The notes under the pieces: model-generated
What the model saw: the letters and a program-made list of their open reading frames with translations, nothing else
Told to the model about the DNA's origin: nothing
The model's database searches: none
Shown here: piece by piece, positions 37,716 through 47,270 of the stretch
How the letters are laid out: each line of letters begins with the position of its first letter
Position numbering within the stretch: position 1 is the stretch's first letter
Translations under genes and position numbers: made by a program
Source: an uncultured archaeon
GTDB lineage: Archaea; Thermoproteota; Nitrososphaeria_A; Caldarchaeales; Calditenuaceae
Assembly (NCBI GenBank): GCA_938017985.1
Contig: CALIKS010000015.1
Coordinates: forward strand, 17,017-81,016
Length of the DNA: 64,000 nucleotides
Direction of reading: 5' to 3'

Positions 37716-38756
37716 ATGAGATTCAGAGAGCTTCCGATACCGCCTCATTACGACGAGAATCTAGTCGGCTCCGTCTGGAGAGTACGCTACGAAGAGAGAG
37801 CTCGAGACGCTCAGGAATGGGCCAAGAAGCATGAATTATACCCATCCTATAGCGATGACTTTAGGATATGCCTATTCTTGATAGACGTTCAGAATGCCTT
37901 CTGTATTCCTGGCTTTGAGCTATTTGTGGGTGGTAGGAGCGGCATGGGCGCAGTGGAGGATAATAAGAGGCTTGTCAGCTTTATTTATAGAAATCTCTCC
38001 AATATCTCGCAGATAGTCGCTACGCTTGACACGCATCAGGTATATCAGATATTCCACTCAGTCTTCCTAGTAGACGATCAGGGCCGGCATCCGGAACCAT
38101 ACACCTTGATTTCTGCCGATGATGTTAGGGCTGGGAAGTGGAAGATTAGTCAAGAAGCCTGCAAAATTCTTAGAATTTCACGCGAATATGCTGATAGTTT
38201 TCTTCTGCACTATGTCGAGACGCTTGAGAGGGGTGGGAAGCATATGCTTACGGTCTGGCCATACCACGTCTTGCTTGGTGGGGTCGGTCATGCACTCGTA
38301 TCGTCTGTCGAGGAGGCTATTTTCTTTCACAGCATTGCGAGGTCCAGTCAGCCTCTGTTCAGGATTAAGGGCAATAACCCACTGACTGAGCACTACTCAG
38401 CTCTTAGCCCCGAAGTCAGGACTGGGCCTAGCGGAGAAGAATTAGGCTCGCTCGACGTAGAGCTGATCAATTATCTCTCAAGCTTTGACGCTATAATTAT
38501 CGCTGGACAAGCTAAGAGTCACTGCGTCGCATGGACGGTTGAGGACCTGATGAAGAACTTATCAGACATCGACCCATCCCTGCTAGGCAAGATATACCTT
38601 CTAGATGATTGCGCCTCTCCAGTCGTCGTGCCAGGAGTCATCGATTATACCGATTTTGCAGACGAGGCGTATAGGAAGTTTGAGAAGAGTGGCATGCATA
38701 TTGTCAAATCTACGCAGAGAATCTCTGAGTGGCCTGGAATCTCGAGACAAGGCTAG
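37716..38756 (+). CDS. isochorismatase-family cysteine hydrolase, probable long-form nicotinamidase
   Basis: 346 aa. FLIDVQNAFC holds the catalytic Asp, LDTHQVYQIFH is a metal-site-like segment, and AGQAKSHCVAWT holds the nucleophile Cys. It is divergent from pncB. Confidence 0.65.
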   Translation: MRFRELPIPPHYDENLVGSVWRVRYEERARDAQEWAKKHELYPSYSDDFRICLFLIDVQNAFCIPGFELFVGGRSGMGAVEDNKRLVSFIYRNLSNISQIVATLDTHQVYQIFHSVFLVDDQGRHPEPYTLISADDVRAGKWKISQEACKILRISREYADSFLLHYVETLERGGKHMLTVWPYHVLLGGVGHALVSSVEEAIFFHSIARSSQPLFRIKGNNPLTEHYSALSPEVRTGPSGEELGSLDVELINYLSSFDAIIIAGQAKSHCVAWTVEDLMKNLSDIDPSLLGKIYLLDDCASPVVVPGVIDYTDFADEAYRKFEKSGMHIVKSTQRISEWPGISRQG

Positions 38757-38790
38757 AAAAACAATATTTGTTTATCTGCAAAAGCCTTAA

Positions 38791-39894
38791 ATGATATGTT
38801 TGACAAATGTATTCTGGATGCGTCCAATAGGTAGGGAGGCGAGCCTCTACAAAGCCATTAGTGATAATCGAATAAAATGTACAGCATGCGCGAGGTATTG
38901 CCAGTTAAAGGAGGGACAGACTGGGCTCTGCGGCGTCAGGGGCGTAATCAACGGAAAGCTCTACCTATATGTCTATGGAAGAATAATTGCCAGTCACGTA
39001 GACCCAATCGAGAAGAAGCCCGTAGTCCACTACATGCCTGGGACGAGGGTGTTCAGTATTGCGACTAATGGCTGTAACTGGCTATGTCAATACTGCCAGA
39101 ACTTCGATATTAGTCAGCGTAGAAGAGTTGAGGGAATAGAGGTCACCCCAGTAGAGGTCGTGAAGCAGACTCTCCGCTATGGCTCAGAGGGCATTGCCTA
39201 TACGTACAATGAGCCGACCATCTTTATGGAGTTTGCACACGATGTAGGAATAGAAGCTCGTAGGCATGGACTATTTAACATCTTCGTGACGAATGGCTAC
39301 TGGACACCCGAGTCGGTAAAGATGGCTTCAGAGTTCTTAGATGCCGCAACGGTTGATTTTAAGGGGAATGGCGAAGTAAACTTTGTCAGGAAATACATAG
39401 GTATTCCAGACGTAGAGCCAGTATTTCAAACACTCTTAGAGATACGTGAAAAGACGAGGATTCATATCGAAATTACTGACTTAGTCGTGCCAGAGATCGG
39501 AGATGATCTTAATGCTGCTAGGAGGCTCGCTAAATGGATTTATGATAATCTTGGGCCTGATGTACCGATACATTTCTTAAGGTTTCATCCGGACTATAAG
39601 TTAATGCATCTTTCGTGGACGCCGACCGAGACGCTTGAGGCGCATTGGAGAGTCGCAAAGGAAGAGGGCCTGAACTATGTATATCTAGGAAACGTTCCTG
39701 GACATCCATATGAAAGTACCTACTGTCCCGGATGCGGGGAAATCGTCGTTAAGAGGTATGGATTCGACATCCTGGAATGGCGGCTCATAAAAGATAACAG
39801 ATGCCCAAATTGCGGATACAGAATAGCAATCATCGGAGCACCTCCAAGGTCAATCAATAAGGATAGATTTATCCCCGTGGAATGGGAATTTTGA
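38791..39894 (+). CDS. AmmeMemoRadiSam-type radical SAM enzyme (PFL-activase-like)
   Basis: 367 aa with the CxxxCxxC cluster in GCNWLCQYCQNFDIS, an N-terminal Cys motif (CTACARYC...CGVR) and C-terminal Cys pairs (CPGCG...CPNCG). An alternative ATG is at 38818. Confidence 0.8.
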   Translation: MICLTNVFWMRPIGREASLYKAISDNRIKCTACARYCQLKEGQTGLCGVRGVINGKLYLYVYGRIIASHVDPIEKKPVVHYMPGTRVFSIATNGCNWLCQYCQNFDISQRRRVEGIEVTPVEVVKQTLRYGSEGIAYTYNEPTIFMEFAHDVGIEARRHGLFNIFVTNGYWTPESVKMASEFLDAATVDFKGNGEVNFVRKYIGIPDVEPVFQTLLEIREKTRIHIEITDLVVPEIGDDLNAARRLAKWIYDNLGPDVPIHFLRFHPDYKLMHLSWTPTETLEAHWRVAKEEGLNYVYLGNVPGHPYESTYCPGCGEIVVKRYGFDILEWRLIKDNRCPNCGYRIAIIGAPPRSINKDRFIPVEWEF

Positions 39895-39905
39895 CGAATC
39901 GACTC

Positions 39906-40307
39906 TTACAATAAGTAATGTATTTTTATATGTTCTCTGAGAAGTTCTGGATAAATGGTCACGTAGCCGCAGTGTGGGCATATAAGTAACCGGTCTTGTT
40001 GATAACCATATTTTCTTAATAATTCTTCCACAAGTAACGTATTAATTATTTTTATTACGATTCTCTCTTTATCGATTGTTATAGTATAGTTGTCTTTCAA
40101 TTCTAAATTATTCAGAGAGTCTTCTATCATCTCTATCATTTTGTTTAGTGTAAGTCTGTCTGAGGCGTGGGATAAATCAACTGCGATAGCATCTTTTTTG
40201 ATAAACGCGAATGCGTCATACTCGATTAACCTCTCAGAGAGGAGGTATGCAAAGATGTTGGATAGCTTGCTCATTCCTTCAAGCTTAATCTCAAGAACCT
40301 CTTTCAT
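39906..40307 (-). CDS. hypothetical protein with a C-terminal classical C2H2 zinc finger
   Basis: 133 aa. CPHCGYVTIYPELLREHIKIH fits Cx2Cx12Hx3H. It lies 18 nt downstream of nadM on the same strand. Confidence 0.6.
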   Translation of the reverse strand: MKEVLEIKLEGMSKLSNIFAYLLSERLIEYDAFAFIKKDAIAVDLSHASDRLTLNKMIEMIEDSLNNLELKDNYTITIDKERIVIKIINTLLVEELLRKYGYQQDRLLICPHCGYVTIYPELLREHIKIHYLL

Positions 40308-40325
40308 TTGTCCCGCCCATAGGCT

Positions 40326-40886
40326 TTATTGCGTCGCCCCCCTTGGAAGTTGTTGTACTTTCTGCTCTGACGATGCTATTTTCCTAATCCTCTCATCACC
40401 CTTTATCTGCACTATGAATTTTGCGACTTCCGGCTGGAGTAGTCGTCGCCAATCTTCATTCCTGATCATAAGGTTGCGGATATTGGTTGCGTTAAGCTCA
40501 TCCCTATTCTGTAGCTTTGGCTCGATCACTGTGATTCTCTGCTCCTCAAGCAGTAGCTTTACGAATTGGTTATTCGTGTAGACCGCGTCGAATTGTGGAA
40601 GCATTGACTTTAGCCTTGCGGCCCATAGGGAATGCTCACCGATGTCTGGGATAGGTATTATCATTATTCTCCGTAGGTCAATTCCAGCTGCTTCTAGCCC
40701 GATACGCATCATCTCTATTCTTTCACCACTCGTGAATGGGTTTTCTAAGGTGTGGCTGTACTGTGCGCTTCCAACAGCTATGATTAGTTCGTCGGTTTCC
40801 TGTAGAATCTGCTTGACTGCGTCGAGATGTCCTAGATGGAAAGGCTGGAATCTGCCTATGAAGACGGCTCTATGCCAATGGGGCAA
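40326..40886 (-). CDS. nadM: nicotinamide-nucleotide adenylyltransferase (archaeal NMNAT)
   Basis: 186 aa. RAVFIGRFQPFHLGHL has the (H/T)xGH motif and SGERIEMM follows. The size is typical of archaeal NadM. Confidence 0.9.
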   Translation of the reverse strand: MPHWHRAVFIGRFQPFHLGHLDAVKQILQETDELIIAVGSAQYSHTLENPFTSGERIEMMRIGLEAAGIDLRRIMIIPIPDIGEHSLWAARLKSMLPQFDAVYTNNQFVKLLLEEQRITVIEPKLQNRDELNATNIRNLMIRNEDWRRLLQPEVAKFIVQIKGDERIRKIASSEQKVQQLPRGATQ

Positions 40887-41062
40887 CGGCGCTCACCATT
40901 ATTGATGATGCATTAACGTACCCATTAAACCCTACTGCACTGCATATTCATGTTGTGGTAATTAACCATCTGTCCTAAAGAGTCGTGAAATAATATGTGG
41001 AAAATGTCGTTTCAAGTGGAAGTTTGCTCATTATAAATGATGTGGAGTAATGCGAATCCGCA

Positions 41063-41857
41063 ATGAGTATACATAGGCAACCTAATAATGCTCATATAGA
41101 GAAGGAGATGGCTAGTATATTGATGGGCATTAAGCGTTTAAGGCCGCCAGTACCGCTAGAAGTGGCTGACCTGACTAATCTAGCTCGACTAACCTTGAAC
41201 AGACCAGACACTCAGACATTATTCTGGATGTTTAGGCATAAAGAAGAATGGATTCTCGGAAGCCTGTTCTCAATTCCGTATTGGAGAGGCAATCTCCCGA
41301 TATTCTCCTATATCCGCCTCGTATCGAAGAATGAGGCATCTGCCTACATCGCCTACACGAATATTGGGACTGAAGAGTCATTCCTGACTAATTCCAACGA
41401 GGACCCAAAATATATATACGGAGCGATCGTGGAGGCCGCCACACCTCCAAGGTTCCTAAAAGATGCCCTTAAAAGCAAGAGTAGTAAAAAAATAATGAGG
41501 CCAATTCTTACGAGGGCCAAAGACATTAACGCTCTCGTCAGGCTTCTATTGATAATGACAGACGGAGTTGGTGCTCCTCCCATATGGACGTTTAGGCATG
41601 ATGAAGGATACGTCCTAGGTGTCTTAGCACCTTTCTATGATTATTATGAGGCAAACGCCCTCCCTGTATTCGTCTATGTAGAGTCAGAAGAGGAGCCGCG
41701 TGGCGGTTTCCTGAGATACATCACTTCAGGTGGAAGAGAGGACGTAAGCTTCACCAACTACATCACAGACATGAAGTATTTTTACGCGAGAATAATAAGC
41801 CTAATTGATGTACCTCCATGGCTAAAGCCTCGTAAAAAAGTGAACCTACATCATTGA
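41063..41857 (+). CDS. hypothetical protein built from two tandem copies of an uncharacterised ~110-aa domain
   Basis: 264 aa. Repeat 1 is LFWMFRHKEEWILGSLFSIPYWRGNLPIFSYIRL...KYIYGAIVEAATPPRFLK. Repeat 2 is PIWTFRHDEGYVLGVLAPFYDYYEANALPVFVYVES...KYFYARIISLIDVPPWLK. Confidence 0.6.
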   Translation: MSIHRQPNNAHIEKEMASILMGIKRLRPPVPLEVADLTNLARLTLNRPDTQTLFWMFRHKEEWILGSLFSIPYWRGNLPIFSYIRLVSKNEASAYIAYTNIGTEESFLTNSNEDPKYIYGAIVEAATPPRFLKDALKSKSSKKIMRPILTRAKDINALVRLLLIMTDGVGAPPIWTFRHDEGYVLGVLAPFYDYYEANALPVFVYVESEEEPRGGFLRYITSGGREDVSFTNYITDMKYFYARIISLIDVPPWLKPRKKVNLHH

Positions 41858-42000
41858 CTCTGATTCCATAACTCGCGTTTAAGCAGGTCTCTCACGGCGG
41901 TTCGCAGTATTGCTGACCTGCTTGGATAGACTCCTCTTCTGACGAGTTCGTCCATTCCCTCGATAAGTGCTTCAGGAAGCTTGACACTGATTAGCTTCAT
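41851..42000 (-). CDS. ribbon-helix-helix (CopG/Arc/MetJ-type) DNA-binding protein
   Basis: Below the ORF-track size cutoff. My translation is MKLISVKLPEALIEGMDELVRRGVYPSRSAILRTAVRDLLKRELWNQSQ (ATG at 42000-41998, TGA at 41853-41851). The beta-strand/helix/helix pattern with SRS is typical of RHH proteins. Confidence 0.65.
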   Translation of the reverse strand: MKLISVKLPEALIEGMDELVRRGVYPSRSAILRTAVRDLLKRELWNQSQ

Positions 42001-42160
42001 GTTTGAGTCGTCTAATTATTTTATTCTCCTCAGATATAAACACTAGCTAAGCTACTCGTCGAAAATTATTAAAAAATTTTTTAGTCTAGGTTAAGACACT
42101 TCAGTCAATCCATTGATTCTTCGAGTCGTAAAACTGGAAGAGTATATAAAAAGGATAATA

Positions 42161-42168
42161 TATATAAA
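42161..42168 (+). promoter_or_regulatory. TATA box for the thermosome gene
   Basis: TATATAAA is centred about 23-26 nt upstream of ATG 42187. A second copy, TATATAAAAA, is at 42143-42152. Confidence 0.5.
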
Positions 42169-42186
42169 GTATCGGTGAATTTGGGA

Positions 42187-43845
42187 ATGGCTGCAGCACC
42201 AGGTACTCAGGGAACTCCAGTCATAATTTTGAAGGAAGGAACACAGCGGACTAGAGGCCGCGAGGCGCAGTCCGCAAACATAATGGTTGCAAAGGTAATA
42301 GCTGAGACCATGAAGTCGTCTCTCGGCCCGAGGGGCATGGACAAGATGCTCGTCGACAGCTTCGGAGACATTGTGATTACTAATGATGGCGCAACGATTC
42401 TTAAGGAAATGGACGTGGAGCATCCAGTCGCAAAGATGCTTGTAGAAGTGGCCAAGGCTCAGGATGAGGAAGTGGGCGACGGCACGACCACAGCCGTTGT
42501 CGTTGCTGGCGAGCTCTTAGCAAAGGCTGAGGAACTCATAGAGAAGGAGGTTCATCCATCACTTATAATTGATGGATACAAGAAGGCCGCCTCAGAGTCA
42601 ATAAATTTCCTCGATAAGATAGGAGAGAAGGTTGATGTAAACGACAAGAACTCACTTCTACGAATTGCAAAGACATCGCTGATCAGTAAGCTTGTGTCAG
42701 AGTATGCAGACTTCTTGGCTGACTTGGCCGTAAATGCAGTATTGAAGATTGCGGAGAAGTATGATGGTAAGCTGAAGGTTGACCTCGACGACATTAAGCT
42801 TGAGAAGAAGGAGGGCGGCTCAATAATGGATACGATACTGGTTGATGGAATAGTTCTCGACAAGGAAGTTGTGCATCCAGACATGCCTAAGATTGTCAGA
42901 AATGCTAAGATTGCGCTTCTTGATGCTTCTCTCGAGATCGAGAAGACAGAATTTGACGCTAAGCTGAATATTGAGTCACCTGAACAGATGAGGGCTTTTA
43001 TGCAGCAGGAGGAAGAGATGCTTAAGCAGATGGTTGAGAAGGTAGCATCAGTAGGAGCGAACGTCGTGCTATGCCAGAAGGGAATTGATGACCTTGCACA
43101 GCACTTCCTAGCGAGAAAGGGAATAATGGCTGTTAGGAGGATAAAGAAGAGCGATATGGATAAGCTTGCGAAGGCGACTGGTGGCCGCGTCATTAGCAGA
43201 ATTGACGACATTACTCCAGCAGACTTGGGCAAGGCCGCGCTCGTCGAGGAGAGGAGGGTTGGAGAAGACAAGATGGTATTCGTCGAGGGATGTGACAATC
43301 CGAAGTCAATAACGATACTGATACGTGGAGGCACTCAGAGGATTGTCGATGAGGCTGAGAGGTCGTTAAAGGATGCGATAAATGTAGTTAAAGACGTGTT
43401 GCAGGAGCCGAAGATTGTAGCTGGTGGCGGTGCTCCAGAGATAGAGGTTGCACTCCACCTTAGAGACTATGCCAAGAGTCTGCCTGGAAAGGAGCAGCTA
43501 GCAGTCGAGAAGTTTGCCGAGGCGATTGAGATTGTGCCGATTCAGCTAGCTGAGAATGCTGGACTCGACCCCATCGAGAGCATCGTGACGCTTAGGTCAA
43601 AGCACAAGGAAGGACAGATCTGGTACGGAGTCGATGTCTTGAATAACAGGCTCTTCGACATGAAGCAGGTAAACGTCATTGACCCAGTGATTGTTAAGAA
43701 GCAGGTTATAAAGTCGGCTGTTGAGGCAGCATCAATGATTCTGAAGATCGACGATATAATTGCCGCTTCTAAGCTGTCAGAGAAGGAGGGCAGGAAGAAG
43801 GAGAGGGAGGAAGAAGCAGGCGAAGAGACTAGTAGTTTCGACTAA
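42187..43845 (+). CDS. ths: thermosome subunit (group II chaperonin)
   Basis: [36 protein letters not shown] and VAGGGAPE are hallmark motifs. ATG 42187 is preferred over the track's GTG 42175 because homologs start M-(A/x)n-P-V-(I/L)ILKEG. Confidence 0.95.
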   Translation: MAAAPGTQGTPVIILKEGTQRTRGREAQSANIMVAKVIAETMKSSLGPRGMDKMLVDSFGDIVITNDGATILKEMDVEHPVAKMLVEVAKAQDEEVGDGTTTAVVVAGELLAKAEELIEKEVHPSLIIDGYKKAASESINFLDKIGEKVDVNDKNSLLRIAKTSLISKLVSEYADFLADLAVNAVLKIAEKYDGKLKVDLDDIKLEKKEGGSIMDTILVDGIVLDKEVVHPDMPKIVRNAKIALLDASLEIEKTEFDAKLNIESPEQMRAFMQQEEEMLKQMVEKVASVGANVVLCQKGIDDLAQHFLARKGIMAVRRIKKSDMDKLAKATGGRVISRIDDITPADLGKAALVEERRVGEDKMVFVEGCDNPKSITILIRGGTQRIVDEAERSLKDAINVVKDVLQEPKIVAGGGAPEIEVALHLRDYAKSLPGKEQLAVEKFAEAIEIVPIQLAENAGLDPIESIVTLRSKHKEGQIWYGVDVLNNRLFDMKQVNVIDPVIVKKQVIKSAVEAASMILKIDDIIAASKLSEKEGRKKEREEEAGEETSSFD

Positions 43846-43859
43846 CCGAAGGAAGAGCA

Positions 43860-44099
43860 TTGCAGAAGGGTTTAACTAAATATGAAGTTACGAGGATTAT
43901 TGGCAGTAGGGCTCTACAGTTATCTCTAGGTGCCTTTCCACTCGTTGAGCCTAGGCCTGAGGATACTCCCTTCACGATTGCGAAGAGAGAGCTGGAGAGT
44001 GGAGTCTTACCAATAATAATTCGGAGGAGATACCCAGACGGAACATACGAGGATATACCGCTGAAAAAATTATTAATGGAGAGCATGGTTAAGATTTAG
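43860..44099 (+). CDS. rpoK: DNA-directed RNA polymerase subunit K (Rpb6 homolog)
   Basis: 79 aa with a TTG start. LTKYEVTRIIGSRALQLSLGA is the conserved RpoK/Rpb6 core. Confidence 0.88.
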   Translation: MQKGLTKYEVTRIIGSRALQLSLGAFPLVEPRPEDTPFTIAKRELESGVLPIIIRRRYPDGTYEDIPLKKLLMESMVKI

Positions 44100-44196
44100 C
44101 GTAATATCCAAATATTATTATAATATTTTTTGTTAAGGTTCTAGAGATTTTTTTACTAATCAAGATAAATATAGGCGTCATCATAGCTATGGAAGA

Positions 44197-45294
44197 TTGT
44201 ATAGGACCGGCATAAGGGAGCTTGAAGGCTCGACCTACAGGCTCAGTAGGCAAGAATACAACAGGGTCCTATTTAACATGAGGGTCATTACTGACTCATT
44301 TATTGGTTATTTTGGTGAGGATGAGTTTGTAGAGCTGGTCGGCAACCCTGCATGCTTCTCAGCATTATGCATAGCGACAGGACTGGAAGAGTATAATGCA
44401 TACTCAATACTTTATGCATTGACTGCGCTCAAAGATGCTGTCAAGCCTGAGATGGGTGTAGGAGTAGCCGGAGGCGCATTCAAGGGACGATTCATTGTTC
44501 CGAACGAAGTTGAGAGGATAGGCGACCAGCTCGGACTGGCACCATCATCAATTGAGAGACTGATCTATTGTAGTAGGCTAGTAGCAAAGGTAGATGATGC
44601 GGCCGTGCAGGATGGTTATAGGCTCTGGCTCCATGTATTCATATTTTCACGGAACGCGGCTTGGACTGTAATCCAAATGGGCAGCAAATCAACACTCAAC
44701 AGGATTTATCACTGGTTTTCTGGTAGGGTATTGCATAGAAGCTTCGTCGATGAGCCACACACAGGATTATTCTCAGACGTGCTCAATAAGTATTCGCTTG
44801 ACTTTACACTTCATGACAACATTAATCTGCGCCAAGCTACATTAGAGACACTGGCGCTCCCGATTAACAGGATTAGAAATGTGTTTAAGAGTGTCGTTCC
44901 ACAGTCTCAGACAACTCTGAACTCGCTGCTGGGCTATCCGATAGGTGAAGAAAACCCGCTCAAGATGCCGCTAAGAATTAGCTGGAAGACGATAAACGCT
45001 ATTCATGGATTATCGTTTAGGAATTTTGAGGAATTATTATCAATCCGCGGGATAGGCAGCGAGACTCTGAGGTTTCTGGCAATCTGTGCGAATAAGCTAC
45101 TCGGGGTGAATCCATCCCTAATCGATAGGGCTGACCTATTCACTAGTTTTAAATCATCAACTATTGATGATAGGACAGAGGAACTCTTCTACGAGCTCCT
45201 AGAAGTAGTAAAGTATAGCAAGCTTAACACTGATTACGCCAAGATAATTGTATCTAGATTGTCAAGTTGGTGGAGCTCGCAGCGTCATAACTAG
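44197..45294 (+). CDS. conserved hypothetical protein (DUF763-like) with a C-terminal helix-hairpin-helix
   Basis: 365 aa with a TTG start. The N-terminus MYRTGIRELEG resembles DUF763. LLSIRGIGSETLRFLA is an HhH (GIG) motif. Confidence 0.55.
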   Translation: MYRTGIRELEGSTYRLSRQEYNRVLFNMRVITDSFIGYFGEDEFVELVGNPACFSALCIATGLEEYNAYSILYALTALKDAVKPEMGVGVAGGAFKGRFIVPNEVERIGDQLGLAPSSIERLIYCSRLVAKVDDAAVQDGYRLWLHVFIFSRNAAWTVIQMGSKSTLNRIYHWFSGRVLHRSFVDEPHTGLFSDVLNKYSLDFTLHDNINLRQATLETLALPINRIRNVFKSVVPQSQTTLNSLLGYPIGEENPLKMPLRISWKTINAIHGLSFRNFEELLSIRGIGSETLRFLAICANKLLGVNPSLIDRADLFTSFKSSTIDDRTEELFYELLEVVKYSKLNTDYAKIIVSRLSSWWSSQRHN

Positions 45295-45304
45295 TATCTC
45301 AGAA

Positions 45305-46384
45305 TCATCTTTCTCTCTTGCCTTCTATAAACTCTTCTACCATTCTTCTCGCCACATCGTCGGGGTACTGTTCAGGTGGGGATTTCATAAAGTATGCCGA
45401 GGGAGAGATAAGCGCGCCTGAGACTCCTCTATCAAGCGCTATCTTTACGCATCTTATGGCGTCGATTGCGACTCCCGCCGAGTTGGGCGAGTCCCAGACC
45501 TCGAGCTTAACTTCTACTGAGAGTGGTGCTCCACCGAAGTTTTTTCCCTCGATTCTTATGTATGCCCATTTCCTATCTTCGAGCCAGGGAACATAATCAC
45601 TCGGCCCTATGTGTATGTCATTATTACTCAACTTGTATGGTATCACTGAGGTTACTGCCGATGTCTTGGATTCTTTTTTAGATGCGAGTCTCTCCCTCTC
45701 TAGCATGTTCAGGAAGTCGGTGTTTCCGCCGAAGTTTAGCTGATATGTCCTATCAATCTTTACTCCTCTCTCGACGAAGAGTCTCGAGAGTACTCTGTGA
45801 AGTATGGTTGCTCCTAATTGGCTCTTTATGTCGTCTCCCACTATTGGCACTCCTCGCTTCTCAAAAATTGTCCTCCACCTTTCTTCACGAGCTATAAAGA
45901 CTGGTATTGCGTTAACGACGCCCACCTTCGCATCAAGAGCCTGCTCTATGTACCACTTAGTAGCTGACTCGCTACCTACGGGCAGAAAGTTGATCATTAC
46001 GTCTGTACCGGTTGATTTTAACACATCAGCGACGTCGACGGTAGGCGACGCGTCCTTGATTATTGTGTCTTTCAGGTATTTTCCAAGGCTGTCATGAGTC
46101 ATGCCCCTCATTACTTCTACTCCCAGTCGGGGCACGTCTGCAAACTTGTAGGTGCAGTTTGGAGGAGCAAAGATCGCTTCTGAAAGGTCTTTACCGACTT
46201 TTCTCTTATCGATATCGAATGCTGCCACGAATTCTATGTCTCCCACATGATAGTCTCCTAGCTTTACATGCATAAGGCCGGGGACGAACTCGTCTTCTTT
46301 CGCATCTTTATAATACTCAACTCCTTGGACGAGGGCTGATGCACAGTTCCCAACACCTACTATCGCTACCTTGACCTTTGGCAT
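45305..46384 (-). CDS. myo-inositol-1-phosphate synthase
   Basis: 359 aa. [21 protein letters not shown] matches the short MIPS/Ino1 family N-terminus, and a Rossmann fold plus NGG/DSPNSAG segments follow. Confidence 0.8.
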   Translation of the reverse strand: MPKVKVAIVGVGNCASALVQGVEYYKDAKEDEFVPGLMHVKLGDYHVGDIEFVAAFDIDKRKVGKDLSEAIFAPPNCTYKFADVPRLGVEVMRGMTHDSLGKYLKDTIIKDASPTVDVADVLKSTGTDVMINFLPVGSESATKWYIEQALDAKVGVVNAIPVFIAREERWRTIFEKRGVPIVGDDIKSQLGATILHRVLSRLFVERGVKIDRTYQLNFGGNTDFLNMLERERLASKKESKTSAVTSVIPYKLSNNDIHIGPSDYVPWLEDRKWAYIRIEGKNFGGAPLSVEVKLEVWDSPNSAGVAIDAIRCVKIALDRGVSGALISPSAYFMKSPPEQYPDDVARRMVEEFIEGKRER

Positions 46385-46417
46385 ACTATTTTATATTTAT
46401 ATACTACTAAATAACCA

Positions 46418-46792
46418 TTAACTCGACCTGATAATATCCGCAACAGTATTTAAAAATGAACCCGCATATGCGAGTTCCTTCCTGCCCTTCTCAGTGATTT
46501 GATAGTACTTACGCATAGGGCCCTCGTTGCTCTGAGTCTTCTTTTCTTCCTTGATGAGTCCTTCCTGATTTAATCTATAAAGAACCACGTAGCACGTTAT
46601 CTTATTTGGCCTAAAACCAAACCTCTCCTCAATTCTGCTTGGAAATTCGTATCCATAGAGAGGCCCCTCCGAGAGAAGCGACAAGACATATATCCAGAGC
46701 GTCTCAACAGTGAGTTTCTTTACTAGATGCCTATAAGCAACGCTCTCGGTCCTTGATAAGTAAGCTTTTAACTTTTGTTCTTTAACTACCAA
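46418..46792 (-). CDS. PadR-family transcriptional regulator
   Basis: 124 aa. The winged helix reads LWIYVLSLLSEGPLYGYEF...YVVLYRLNQEGLI...RKYYQITEKGR. Confidence 0.85.
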   Translation of the reverse strand: MVVKEQKLKAYLSRTESVAYRHLVKKLTVETLWIYVLSLLSEGPLYGYEFPSRIEERFGFRPNKITCYVVLYRLNQEGLIKEEKKTQSNEGPMRKYYQITEKGRKELAYAGSFLNTVADIIRSS

Positions 46793-46854
46793 TTTAAATG
46801 CCCAAAATATACTTAGGATTGATGCAGTATTTTTATTTTATTTTTTGCTGGTTG

Positions 46855-47181
46855 TTAAACGAAGCCTAGCAGCTCCTTTGCCTTATCTGACATGCGGTCA
46901 GGAGTCCATGGCGGGTCGAAGACCAGGTCTACCTCAACATCCTTCACAGATGGGCATTCAGATTTAATCGTCTCTTTAACCCTCTCAATTAAGAAGAAGC
47001 CTATCGGGCATCCTGGAGCGGTCAGCGTCATCTTAACGTAGACGGTGTCGTCATCTCTGATTTGAACATCATATACCAGTCCAAGGTCAACTATGTTTAC
47101 CGGTATCTCTGGGTCATAGCACTGCGTAAGCGCAGTCATGACTCCCTCCAATGTTGGTTTTTCACATCTGCCGGTACTCAT
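46855..47181 (-). CDS. DUF59/MIP18-family Fe-S cluster assembly protein
   Basis: 108 aa. CYDPEIPVNIVDLGLVYDV and LTAPGCP are typical of the family. Confidence 0.85.
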   Translation of the reverse strand: MSTGRCEKPTLEGVMTALTQCYDPEIPVNIVDLGLVYDVQIRDDDTVYVKMTLTAPGCPIGFFLIERVKETIKSECPSVKDVEVDLVFDPPWTPDRMSDKAKELLGFV

Positions 47182-47270
47182 TAGTTTTAATTATTATTTT
47201 GCTATTATTTAAGTCGTGTCCTATTAATCAGCCAAGCTATATTTACTGGAAATGAGTCTTCCAAAAAAGA

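Noticed and set aside
42552-43334. 260-aa minus-strand ORF inside the thermosome gene
   Set aside because: It is antisense to an unmistakable chaperonin gene and is Ser/Ile/Leu-rich with no motifs. It is a typical shadow frame of a purine-rich coding strand.
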